A DNA stretch of 64,000 nucleotides, from NCBI RefSeq assembly GCF_006345805.1, contig NC_042999.1, forward strand, positions 72,044,001-72,108,000, read 5' to 3'. Position numbers and translations under genes: made by a program. The notes under the pieces were generated by a model that was not told the DNA's origin, did not search any database, and worked only from the letters and a program-made list of their open reading frames with translations. Within the stretch, counting starts at the first letter, position 1, and each line of letters opens with the position of its first letter. Shown here in pieces: positions 1 to 11,785 of this stretch. The DNA comes from Octopus sinensis. Its lineage: Eukaryota.

Positions 1-2687
1 TGGTTGTTTGTAAGCTAGTTCAAATTGGATCAGGCCTCGACCTCCTTGGGCTCTGGGAAGGTAAAGGCGATCTACGTCTGCCTTTGGGTGGTGCATCCTA
101 TTACAACTCAGCAGCTTGCGTATTTTTCTATCTATATTCTTACTTCACTCATATTCCAGTTCAACACATTGTAGCTATAAGTAACAACTGGAACTGCTAA
201 GGAATTTATAGCTAACACCTTGTTACGTGCATTTAGTTCAGATTTCAGGACTGCACGAACTCTCCTATAACATTCCTTCCTGATTTTCTCTTTCATGCTT
301 GCATGCTGAATACCAGAGCCTTCATTTATCCCTAAATATTTGTATTTTGTTCTTGCTCAAGCTCTCTTATGACTGTGTCAACATCTAACACGACTGAATT
401 TGTGGTCTTCACTTTCCCTTTCTGGAAAGTGGCCTTGGCACACTTCTCAAGTCCAAACTCCATCCCGATGTCATCGCTGAATGATTTCACGGTGCGCAAT
501 AGGCCTTCAAGTTCATTATTGTCTTTACCATAAAGTTTTAAGTCATCCATATAAAATAGATGGCTTATTTTTTTATTGGCAATTTTATAACCATACCCTG
601 TTCTGTTTAATTCACTTGTAAGGGGTATTAGGACTATGCAGAATATTAAAGGTGAAAGTGAGTCACCTTGAAAAATTCCACAGTTGATGTTTATATTTTC
701 TGAGGCAAGTACTCCATTAGAGTGGTATAATTGGAGATTCGTATTCCACAACGACATATTGTTCTTCAGGAAGTTTGGAATCACAGGGGAAATTTTGAAG
801 ATGTCCAGCGATCTCAAGATCCATGGATGCGGTATACTGTCGAAGGCCTTTTTGTAGTCAATCCATGCGGTGCTGAGATTTCTGCGCTTGTTGTGACAGT
901 TCTCAAGGATCATACGATTGATTAGCAGTTGATCTTTGCATCCGTAAGAGCCTCGGCGGCACCCTTTTTGTTCAATGGGGAAAATATCGTTCTTCTCCAT
1001 GAATGCATATGTTTTCTCCGCCAGGATAGATGTTAGGATTTTATACGTGGTGGATAGACAGGTTATAGGCCGATAGTTTTTTGGAAGGTTGGTTTCGTTA
1101 TTCTTTGGGAGTAGGTAAGTAATGCCACTTGCTAACCATTCAGGTGTTTTCTTTGGGTCTCTCATAATTCCATTAAGCAGCTGAACTAGCATACCGTGTG
1201 CGCATGGGAGCGATGCGAGCCAGAAATTCGGCACCCTATCTTTACCGGGAGATTTCCAATTATGGGCCTTCGTGAGTACTTTTCTTAGGTCTGCTATTGT
1301 GATGTCTTCCCATGCTTGTTGTTGTAAATTTTGGTAGGATCCTTCAGTTTGTATAATCCAGTCTGCATTTATGTTGTACGTCTTCTTGTCACTCCAAATC
1401 CTTTTCCAAAAGTTTTGAACTTCTTCCATGGAAGGGGGGTCTTTAACGGTTACTTTCTCCTTCCCTATTTCTCTGTAGAATTTTTTGGCATTGGATGTGA
1501 ACAGCTTATTTTGCTTGTAAAACTTGTTTCTCTTCTCAAATCTTCGTATTCTTTGGGCTTTTGCTTGGACTTTTTGTTTCAGCGTTTCTTTTATTGATAT
1601 CAGTTCTTCTCTTGGTGAGGATCCAAATTTTCTCTTCATCTTTCTTCCTGTTCTGGATCTTACATCATTTCCACATATTAGTTCATTTAATATTGATATT
1701 TTCCCTCTCATAAATACAATCTCTTTTTCAATTTTACTTCTCCAGGTTTGATTTCTTCCCAGGTTTTGTTTTCTTTGTTTTTTCGGGGGCATATAGCTGG
1801 TTTCAATTGCCCTAGCAGAAGCGTAAATAATTTCATTTAACTCAGTAAAATCAGGTTTTAATTCTCGTATTATTTCATTTGTTACATAGTTGCCAATTTG
1901 GATTTGTTTTTTATTTTGGTTTGTATTTGAGAGTTTATGAAGTGGTTCTCTATCATTCATACTTGTATGTGTTACAACTTCAAGCGTATTCAGGATTTTC
2001 TGCCTCATTTCTGCCATAGACTCTCTGTGTTCTTCAGCAAATGCGAGATCTTCAGTTACTGTTGTTTTTTCGTTTTCCTGGCTATCTTTAACAGGTACAA
2101 TAGAATTTCTTGTATCTTCAGGCCTTTGCGTACTTTGGTCAGATGGCAGTCTTTCAATTAAGCCTCGTGGCGGGCTATACTGTTCATCTGATTCTTCATT
2201 TCCTTTGTGTCTTATATTTATGTCATTTTCCGTTGCATGCTTGATCGCGCTTATTTCACTGTGTGAGTCTGTTATTTCTAAGGATATCCCTCCTCACATT
2301 TGCTAATTTGTTCTCGTCCAAATAGGGCCTACTGTCTTAATTCCGTGTTCTCCATATACTGTAAGAGTTTGCGGTGGGTCTCTCTTGAGATGGCCTACCT
2401 AATGCATAGTAATAAACGTATATTACTTCTTTATACTCTTCTCGGGCCCATTTGTTCCGCTTACATGTTTCTTTCTGTGGTGGTTGTGGTGGTGAACTTG
2501 GAGGGCTCGAGTTGGGGGATTTCCCGTTCAAGTGACCATCCATGTCCGTATTCGGAGAAGAGTTTGTGCCAGTTGATGACTTTTCGATCCCAGGCTGGCT
2601 CTTCCCTGGGGGACGCGCTTCCAGATTAACCATAGGACAAGCGATTTGGTATACTGATTTAGTTTTCCTTTTAGTTTCCAAAATCAT
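1..2687 (-). pseudogene. Disrupted single ORF (N-terminal domain plus reverse transcriptase) of the R4/Dong element
   Basis: Premature stop at 2337-2339, at least one further break before 2017, and a frameshift near 345. Confidence 0.85.
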
Positions 2688-2796
2688 TTTGGTGCTACGA
2701 TAATGTTATCATATTTTAGCTTTGATTGGCTCGTGGGGAGACGGCCATCATTGCCGTTACAATTATAATCGTACCATTATAGCAGCCGTAGTCGGC
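1..2796 (-). mobile_element. R4/Dong-clade (RLE-type) non-LTR retrotransposon, 5' end apparently present, runs off the left window edge
   Basis: The RT ORF 332-2017 has NYRPITCL, WIDYKKAFDSIPH, GIFQGDSLSPLIF and FYMDDLKLY. The N-terminal ORF 2337-2687 (KWAREEYKEVIYVYYY) continues in frame past a stop. After 345 a frameshift resumes as YKYLGINEG...KECYRRVRAVLKSELN. The 5' end abuts a (TAA)n tract. Confidence 0.88.
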
Positions 2797-2854
<58 letters not shown>

Positions 2855-2861
2855 CATTATT
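2797..2861. repeat. (TTA)n microsatellite flanking the 5' end of the Dong element
   Basis: Direct reading. Further TTA tracts lie at 3357-3424, 4052-4092 and 4721-4747. Confidence 0.97.
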
Positions 2862-3356
2862 GAGTGAGAGAGCAGTGCATGCTATCAAAGTGACACTGGG
2901 ATAAAATATACGAAGCCCAGTATACCCATCATGACTACCCGTCTGATAAGGGTACACCAGACACATGCATCACAACCATATGTTCGCGACATGATGATCT
3001 CAGATCAAGATAAACAACTCATGACCTTGCAGGTGGGGCCCAGTAAGAATTTTCTTCTGGTCGAGTAACACATCCCGCTCAAAAGGTCCCTGAATAAGGG
3101 TTGTTTATGGATGTTGAACGGAACACCCATGTTTCCAGAGGTGAACTATTCAAACCCCAAAGAATCCCTCTCAACACATGGCTATGATGCTCCCCCACTA
3201 CTTCTGCTCGTGATCAAAGTAGCACATATCGTCAGCCACTAAGGGACATGCTCAACTGGTTAAGGTCAAACAACTGACAAGCAAATCTAGTATTGAGCAG
3301 AATATTTGCTGTAGCCCATCTTTTATACCAAGACAAAACAATGTACATGATAACAC
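2862..3356. mobile_element. Unclassified non-coding ~495-bp insert bounded by (TTA)n on both sides
   Basis: More GC-rich than its flanks, no ORF, sharp borders with TTA tracts. Confidence 0.45.
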
Positions 3357-3368
3357 TTATTATTATTA

Positions 3369-3423
<55 letters not shown>

Positions 3424-3427
<4 letters not shown>

Positions 3428-4051
3428 GTTTCACTTTTGCTTTACATTTGCACAAGCTGGCTCCAAGTCTCACCCAGAGACCTCAAGAGACAACAAGTTG
3501 GAAGTTCATGCTGGTGTTATGCCTAGGGTGCCATATATTTGGTATTGTACTTAGTGTTTTTCTAGTGAATGCCTAAAAACCCATAGTAAAATTCTGTGTT
3601 TTAAAACTTGAGATTACATAGAAAGTATTTTGCGTAGGATATGAGCAGTTCCCATGAGCACTATCTTTTGAATTTCCGACATTTTGGGGTTTCCTGGTAT
3701 CTGAATTAGGTAGCAATCAGCCCCTTTTGCTATCATTCCCAGGGCACCTATGTCAACAGGTATTGTTTTAATCTTCAGGTTCCACATTTTGCTGATTTCT
3801 ATTCCAGATCTTTATATTTGCTCAGTTTTTGGTAGGTCTTGACAGATACGTTTATATCAATTGGAACAGTCATATCAATAAGGAGGCATGTTTTTTTGTC
3901 TGAAGTATTTTACTATGATGTCTGGCCTATTCGCGTCTATCTTTCTATCAGTTTGAATGGTGAAGTTCCAGAGGAGTGAGATGTGGTCATTTTCAAGCGC
4001 TAGAGGTGGTTTGTGTTCCCACCAATTTTTGTCATGGGGCAAGTCCATTGC
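3424..4051 (-). mobile_element. 5'-truncated R4/Dong 3' end (RLE endonuclease plus 3' UTR), copy A
   Basis: Encodes LLWNFTIQTDRKIDANRPDIIV...IDMTVPID...KLSKYKDL...GTAHILRKILSM, a PD-(D/E)xK restriction-like endonuclease. TTA tracts on both sides. Confidence 0.88.
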
Positions 4052-4091
<40 letters not shown>

Positions 4092-4095
<4 letters not shown>

Positions 4096-4720
4096 GTTTC
4101 ACTTTTGCTTTACATTTGCACAAGCTGGCTCCAAGTCTCACCCAGAGACCTCAAGAGACAACAAGTTGGAAGTTCATGCTGGTGTTATGCCTAGGGTGCC
4201 ATATATTTGGTATTGTACTTAGTGTTTTTCTAGTGAATGCCTAAAAACCCATAGTAAAATTCTGTGTTTTAAAACTTGAGATTACATAGAAAGTATTTTG
4301 CGTAGGATATGAGCAGTTCCCATGAGCACTATCTTTTGAATTTCCGACATTTTGGGGTTTCCTGGTATCTGAATTAGGTAGCAATCAGCCCCTTTTGCTA
4401 TCATTCCCAGGGCACCTATGTCAACAGGTATTGTTTTAATCTTCAGGTTCCACATTTTGCTGATTTCTATTTCCAGATCTTTATATTTGCTCAGTTTTTG
4501 GTAGGTCTTGACAGATACGTTTATATCAATTGGAACAGTCATATCAATAAGGAGGCATGTTTTTTTGTCTGAAGTATTTTACTATGATGTCTGGCCTATT
4601 CGCGTCTATCTTTCTATCAGTTTGAATGGTGAAGTTCCAGAGGAGTGAGATGTGGTCATTTTCAAGCGCTAGAGGTGGTTTGTGTTCCCACCAATTTTTG
4701 TCATGGGGCAAGTCCATTGC
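4092..4720 (-). mobile_element. 5'-truncated R4/Dong 3' end, copy B (tandem duplicate of copy A)
   Basis: Near-identical to 3424-4051 with a period of ~668-669 bp and the same truncation point. ORF 4282-4542 is the RLE C-terminus. Confidence 0.88.
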
Positions 4721-5024
4721 TATTATTATTATTATTATTATTATTATTCCTTTCGCCTGTCATCTGGCGGAAACCATAATGATTCCTGAAACTGGCACCT
4801 CAAAAACAGCGACATATGTTGGAAAATAGACTTAGTTCACTATCGCACGTGTGTTACCTCTTGTTTCGTTTCCAGAGGGTTGAAATGAAGTCGATTCAAA
4901 ACACAAATTGATTTCCGTAAGTGAAACTAAACATGAGAGCATGATTTTTGTTTTAAATAATCCTTTCTACTGGAAGTATAAGGCATCAAATTTGGAAAAG
5001 ATTAAGCCCATTGCATCAGTCGCA

Positions 5025-5156
5025 GTACATAAAATATACTTTTTAATCGACCCCGAAAGGATGAAAGGCAAAGTCGACCTTGGCGGAATTTGAATTCACA
5101 ACATAGCGGCAGATGAAATACCGCTAAGCATCTCGCCTGGCGTGCTAACGATTCTG
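5025..5156 (-). mobile_element. tRNA-derived SINE (family A), partial
   Basis: Reverse complement of the head cagaatcgttagcacgcc...gaattcaaattccgcc...gtcgactttgcctttcatcctttcggggtcgat, which recurs many times in the window. Confidence 0.8.
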
Positions 5157-5374
5157 TTCTAAATAATATTTGATAATAACATAAGAAATAAAAAATTTGG
5201 AGAAGGTTAGCCGATTAAGTTCATGTGTGGTTGACTAGAACCTTTTTTTATACATTTCAGAAAAGATTAAAGGCAAGAAGACATTTTCACTTCCCGAGCT
5301 TTATACTAATACATCTGTTTGTTATCTACACCACCTGTCTTTGTCTTTTGTTTTTTTGTGAATTCTTCCCACCC

Positions 5375-5458
<84 letters not shown>

Positions 5459-5536
5459 TTATATATATTTATATATAATAATATAGTTATATATAATAAT
5501 AATAATAATAATGATAATAATAATAATAATAATAAC

Positions 5537-5589
<53 letters not shown>

Positions 5590-5594
<5 letters not shown>

Positions 5595-5935
5595 GGGAAT
5601 ATGATTCCAAACTTACAGGGAAAATTCAATTTAGTAATACTAAATCAAATTTTACAATATATAATACATGTATATAAATTAGAGAAGAACCACCATGAAG
5701 CAATTCAACAATGATATACTTAAATCTTACCATATAGAAAAAAATTCAAGATCCGATAAAACATTTACATAAAACTAAATAAAGTACTAAATAATAAATA
5801 GTATATAATTAGTAAATAGACTACACTTGTTTCGTGGCTATATTTTCAAATTGATAGCAATAAAATCAATTCAATTTAAATATAGTCACTCATCAGATCA
5901 AAGATAAAAACAATATACGTATATTTATTTAATTA
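5590..5935 (-). mobile_element. Penelope-like terminal repeat (pLTR) fragment next to (TAA)n/(TA)n
   Basis: Shares its end (agggaata..tccaaa.ttacagggaaaa) with 41905-42100 and contains a hammerhead. The Penelope assignment is inferred from the hammerhead. Confidence 0.55.
5817..5901 (-). ncRNA. Type I hammerhead ribozyme
   Basis: Minus strand reads gat-CTGATGA-GTGACTATATTT...AAATATAGCCAC-GAAA-C aagt G-TA^gtc. Canonical core and long stem II. Predicted cut between 5822 and 5821. Confidence 0.75.
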
Positions 5936-6034
5936 TTTTATTGTTTTTATCTTAGACGTGATCCGTTGTGCTAACCATTTTGCCGGCTCGTCACCTTATT
6001 TTTTGACAGCAATATTAATATCAGGTCTAAGAAC

Positions 6035-6243
6035 ACGACCCGGCAGAATCGTTAGCACACCCGGCAAAACGCTAAGCGACATTTCGTCCGTCTTAACGTT
6101 AGGAGTTCAAATTCACTAAGGTCAACTTTGCCCTTCTTCCTTGTAGGGGTCGATAAAATATGTACCTGTTGAACGTTAGGGTGGATGTAATCAGGTTCCT
6201 CCCTCATCCAAAACTGTTGGCCGTGTGCCAAAATTTGAAACCA
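6035..6243 (+). mobile_element. tRNA-derived SINE (family A)
   Basis: A-box-like ggcagaatcgttagc, B-box gagttcaaattc, and the family body sequence. Confidence 0.8.
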
Positions 6244-6656
6244 CTATCCAGTTATGTACTGGTTCTATTCACTAACTAAACATAACCTTCTCTCAAATCA
6301 TAATCCATATCGTCTCATTAAACGAAGAAGAGAAACTTATCATCTTGACAAGAAGACTAATCTGTTGCCGTAACCATTTTGTTTTTGATCAGTAGCAGGA
6401 ATTACTATTATGTTGCAAATTACCGAATAGTTCATTAATTGCCACAGTACGACAGCTGCTGTCATTCGAGGCTGCGATTTTTCCTTGATCGAAGTACATA
6501 TTGCCACTTGTGTGGACTCCTGTTTGGAGTTCACACAACCTCCGACAACCTCCAACACCGGAAATACTGGTTAATTCTCTTCTCTTCTATCCACTCACGC
6601 ATATCTACTAAGGACATATTCATACGATATTTGTCTTCCATAAATGTACGTTTATG

Positions 6657-6687
<31 letters not shown>

Positions 6688-7039
6688 TATATATATAATA
6701 TATATATATATATATTGCGTGTGTTTGTGTGTGTATTTATATACATATATATATATATAGTATATATACATAGTATATATATATATACATATGTATATAT
6801 ATGTGTGTGTGTGTATGTGTGTGTGTGTAAATTGGGAAAAGAGTTAGCTATTTAAGAAGAGAGAACTACTTTATATAAAAGTAGTCTGTAGTCTGTATAT
6901 TCAAGTGCCGCTTGTCTCAGAGCTTTTTCATACAGTATTCTTTAAAGAAGCCATAAAGAAGACGGCAATCAAAGTTACATTCAACCCATCGTATACGTTG
7001 AAGTGCATATATTTTTAATACGTCGATACTTTGATGAGT

Positions 7040-7335
7040 CTCGGCTAGAATTGAGCCAGACCGTGATTAACTTGATGGCACTACCTGGAGAAGACATTTA
7101 ATGACGTTTCATAGTACAGAAACACTTTGGACACCATAACCCTTTCGAGTAAAGAGTTATTGTTTTCAGAGATATATCCGGGTGTAGTTGGTTTATCTGG
7201 AATTTGTTGGAAGTATTCATCCAGAAACCATTTGAATACTATGACACCTTTTTCTTCTCTTATGTGTCTTGAAATAATGTTAAAGATAGCAAGGTTAGTA
7301 GAGGAAAAAGGAAAAAAACACATCATCAACATCTA
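7040..7335 (-). mobile_element. Degenerate 3' end of a CR1/L2-group LINE
   Basis: ORF 7081-7332 FKWFLDEYFQQIPDKPTTPGYISENNNSLL resembles the C-terminus of CR1-group ORF2. A related copy lies at 21120-21850. Confidence 0.6.
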
Positions 7336-7878
7336 AACAATCGCTGAAATGTTAATCTAGATACGATTATTGTATATATGTGTAAATGTCAATGTTTCTT
7401 CGTGTATATTTTTATACCGTTCTAAGCATTGTTGTCGTTTACATAGTGCCGTTGCAATCCAAAAACATCCGTCTAATACATTACAACATAATTGCTTCTA
7501 AAACATTATTTGATCTTCAGACGCTTAGAATTCGCCAACATTTCTGTTCTAGTTTCTGATTTGAAAGTTCTCTGTCGCATTTTCTTTCGAAATAGATTGT
7601 TTTCGTCAGTATAAATATTTGTTTTAAGAAATTTGGAATCTCCTATTATTTTAGCTAATTATGACAAACATTCTTGCGCAGTTTTCTTATCGATCGATCC
7701 ATATTCATTATGATGTTTGATAATATGGCGGAACTTCAATTATTTTCAATTTTCACTTCATTCTTTACTTTTCGAAACATGGGTATTGGTGTTTATTATC
7801 TGGTGGATCTCATTTGGATCAACTCAACTGTGATACAGTACACACACATATATAAATATACACACATATATACATATA

Positions 7879-8105
7879 TCTTTATTGGCCACAGGAGGCT
7901 AAACATAGTGGAGACAAACAAGGACAGACAAAGGGATTAAGTCGCTTACATCGAACCCAGTACCTAAATGGTACTTATTTAATCGACCCCGAAAGGGTGA
8001 AAGGCAAAGCTGACCTCGGCGGAATTTGAACTCATAACGTAATGGCAGACAAAATACCACTAGGCATTTCGCCTGCCGTGCAAACGATTCTGCTAGCTCA
8101 CCGCC
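7879..8105 (-). mobile_element. tRNA-derived SINE (family A) with an extended 3' tail ending in AATAAAGA
   Basis: Full head (ggcggtgagctagcagaatcg..., gagttcaaattccgcc) plus the tail tgtttagcctcctgtggccaataaaga. Confidence 0.82.
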
Positions 8106-8570
8106 CTTTTATCACTCTATCTATCTGTCTATCTCTCACTCTCTTTCAACCCCTCTCTTTCTCTCTATATTTATATATATGACCTGGGTAGAGACAAAAG
8201 GAGCCACTCCAAATTCCTTCTTCCTTGACCTTAAACACTACTAAAACACTACTAAGCCCTACAGTAACACGCAAAGATTAACAGCCACAACCGCGCACAC
8301 ATACACACACACGCACACACACACACACGCACGCACACACACACACGTGTTATCATTGCACACATACACATATACACACACACGCACACGCAGACCTTCG
8401 CGCACGCACATATCCACACTTACACACACATACCTCCTGTTGCATTCTCCTGTCTTTGAAAGAACTTTTCTTCACCCATTTCCTTCCGGTCATTCAAAAT
8501 GTGACGGCGTGTGTACCGTTGGCGATTTTTTTCCTCTGTCTTCCCTTCTCTGGATCTTTCCTTCTCCTAT

Positions 8571-8605
8571 GTTTCCGACGAAGAGCTACGCTCGAAACGT
8601 TAAAC
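8571..8605 (+). ncRNA. Minimal variant hammerhead-like motif in a TA-terminated repeat
   Basis: GTTT-CCGACGA-A-GAGC tac GCTC-GAAA-CG-TT^AAAC. Stems I and II pair perfectly. The core has U4C and an extra A. Confidence 0.55.
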
Positions 8606-8774
8606 CCTCCTTCTTTCCTTCTTTCCTTCTTTCCTGAGCGTCCAATAATACTATATTTGTTCCACGTCCTCGCGTTGTTGTGTTTTTTGTGCTTTCTTGT
8701 TTGGATTAACTATATATATATATATATAATATATATATATATATAATATATATATATATAATATATATATATAT

Positions 8775-8796
8775 GCATAGATAGATAGATAGATAG

Positions 8797-8857
<61 letters not shown>
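8775..8857. repeat. (GATA)n microsatellite
   Basis: Direct reading. Other GATA or GATA/GACA tracts lie at ~11696-11785 and ~22560-22870. Confidence 0.95.
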
Positions 8858-8858
<1 letters not shown>

Positions 8859-9169
8859 TACAACAACTTGATTCGGCACCAAACCTGAAATTTGGTTGGC
8901 TCGGAGGAGGAAACCTATCTTGTCAGGCATCTAAAGAAGACTTTTCTCTTGATGCCTGAAGAGACAGGTTACTTTTACGAGCTTAGAAAGGTTTAAGCTG
9001 TATGAAGCTGAGTCAAACTGTTCATAAGTATCTGTAACTCGTGCCAAATGTGCTGCGTGCCTCTTTCATTCGTTTCCCCACTCAATAGTGTATGTACATA
9101 TGTGTCTGCACGCATAGGGTTGTTGTGGTGGTGGGATCTGTGAAAATGAGTTGTTTTTTGGTTAATATA

Positions 9170-9465
9170 TTCAGCTCGCTATCGTAAGGTCCTGATTACG
9201 AGTTCTCGCGTTGCATTGTGTCCTTGAGCAGGAAACTTTATTTCACGTTGTTCCTGTTCACTTAGCTGGCACAAATCAGTTGTATCCATAATTCAAAGGG
9301 CCAGCCTTATTCTGTGTGGAGCTAAATCTCCATGAGAACTTCGTTAAGTGTATGCTTGCTTGTGGAGTGTTCAACCACTTGCACATTGATTTCATATGAA
9401 TGCTGTTCCGTTGATCGGATAACTGGAACGTTTATCGACGTTGTAATCGATTGAGTGTCACTTTG

Positions 9466-9470
<5 letters not shown>
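9170..9470 (+). mobile_element. Degenerate SINE (family C)
   Basis: tgtgtccttgagcaggaaactttatttcacgttg...; related to the body of 16489-16790. Confidence 0.55.
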
Positions 9471-9508
<38 letters not shown>

Positions 9509-11696
9509 ATATATATATTTATGTATATAGTCATCTTTAGTCGAATAAACTATGGCACCACGAGGATATTTATGTACTAAATTATGTCTCCTATACTTCC
9601 GTTCACAAAGAGCAACACTCTGCACTGCGATTTGCGGTGGTTTATCGTAAGCTCCACGTATGGGTTTGTTACTTTTTCTTCAATCTGTTTCTATCTGCAT
9701 CGATATTGTGGTTTTGAGTTACTCAATGTAGATGTCGGTGAAGTGAATACTGTCAGAGAGCATTATTGAGATTATTCAATAAATGTCGGATTTCGAAAAA
9801 TATATTTAAATGTTCAATTAATTATATCTATTTTCTATATTTTGCTTTATATTTTAGACTATATTTTCAGAATCTGTGAGACACAATTGCTTCTAAAACA
9901 TTATTTCTGTCAATCAATGTTTCTGTGTATCCTACTATATAATCACCATATTTTGTAATCAATTCACTGCCCTATTATACAATTATACACTCATTCACAA
10001 TTTATGAATGAAATAATAATGTGTATCATTAAAATATCGAGGAAAGATGTTTAAATGGTTTCTGCTTAACTGACAGATTATCCTGTATGCAATGCAAAAT
10101 CGTTAGATGAAGACTAAATGGGATAAGCTAATATCTGTTAGAATAATTTATCAATATCTAAAAGTATAATTATCGTATTAAAATGTATAGTAATAAATTT
10201 CCCAATTTTTTTTTTCAGTGTTTTACTTTTTGTTTAACCTGCAGAGAGAGGCCTTCTTGTGTTTTAAAATATGTGCAAAATACAAAAGTAAAGAAAGAAA
10301 GAATATAACGTAGAGGTATTCACTCTAAAATGTCGAGGAATAGGTCCTTGCTTGGTTACAAAATAAATCTTCCTTTCCTTACAGATCCCCTCGCATAAGG
10401 CTTACGGTCAGCGCCTCTCTCAGCATGGTGAGAAACACGCATGCGCTGAAGATTCTCGGTGCAACACAGAGGTGAGATGCTGTCAGAATAGAACCTTTCC
10501 GTTGCAAAACTCTTTGAAAGCATCTCTACGCATGCGTGTGACAATATAATGTTTTTACGTTCCTTACATATTTTAGTAATGAGAAGCTTTTTTTCCTAAT
10601 TAGTTGTTATCATTTATGTTCATCCAGATTACGTTTAGTTGTTTAGTACCTCCCAGTTTTATTAATTTTGGTCATTCCCTTTGCGCAATGCATTATTTCA
10701 CTGAGTATGCAACTGTAATTTTTTCCTTTTGTTTAGTTATGTTGTCCTCTGTTCTCGTGCCCTTGTAAAACTGTTCCATCATTGATCTGCAAAAAATTTC
10801 TCTTTTAAATAAGTCGCTTAAATATATATTTTTAATATTGGATAATTTGTTTAGAAATAGCGCTTAAATTATAAATTATTTTCACATTGCCCCGCAAAAT
10901 TAATTTCTTTCTCATCTTTATATAACATTAACTGATATTTGATAACTATTATGGATCTTTTAATTTAGTAACTTTAAAAACTGTGTAATTATAATCATGG
11001 TATAAACTATTGGGAAATACTAAATGTAATGACACAATAATTGGATTATATATTTTCCCAGTAATAACTATTATAAAACACACACCTATAATTCCTCCCC
11101 AGATGAAGAAGTGAAATGGTGGCTAAAATCACGAATTCAAACAATGATATATCGCCTCCTACCTAGAAGAAGAACACAAATGAAATCATCTTAAGCTTTG
11201 TAAAATATCTAATTAAAAAGGGGGAAGTCCAGTAAGCAATAAATAAAGTACCAATGAATTCGAATTGCTACATTTAGCATGCAAATCTTCAAATCACACA
11301 CTATCTTCTGTAAAACGGAAGACAGCAATACAAAATGTAGTCATAAGTAAATAATACCTAAGAAAAAATTAATGGGTGATTCCGACTTGTATGCGTTTTT
11401 ATAGGTTTACTAAAATGGAGCCGACCAAGAAATACCCAGCATTAATAGCATCAATATTAAATGTGTCAGCTACATCTAGTCATATTCATACTTGTTTTGC
11501 GAGGTGATCATTAAAGCTCATAAATATATTCGACTACTTATAAAGTCGGTCAAAACCCGTCGATAGATATATAGAAACATATAAAGCTACAAAGTATACA
11601 ACTACAAAATATAGTCACTGCCTATTATATTAAAAAACAAATGCGTCTCATCAAAATGTTTCCAATTACTTACTTTAAACTTTTCTTCTCAAAAAC

Positions 11697-11785
<89 letters not shown>

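Noticed and set aside
8905-8970. Hairpin containing CTGAAGA after a GATA tract
   Set aside because: No valid cleavage triplet or GAAA in register. An ordinary inverted repeat.
10386-10480. ag...gt-bounded open segment as a possible upstream GRL101 exon
   Set aside because: No frame resembles TM1, LRR or LDLa sequence.
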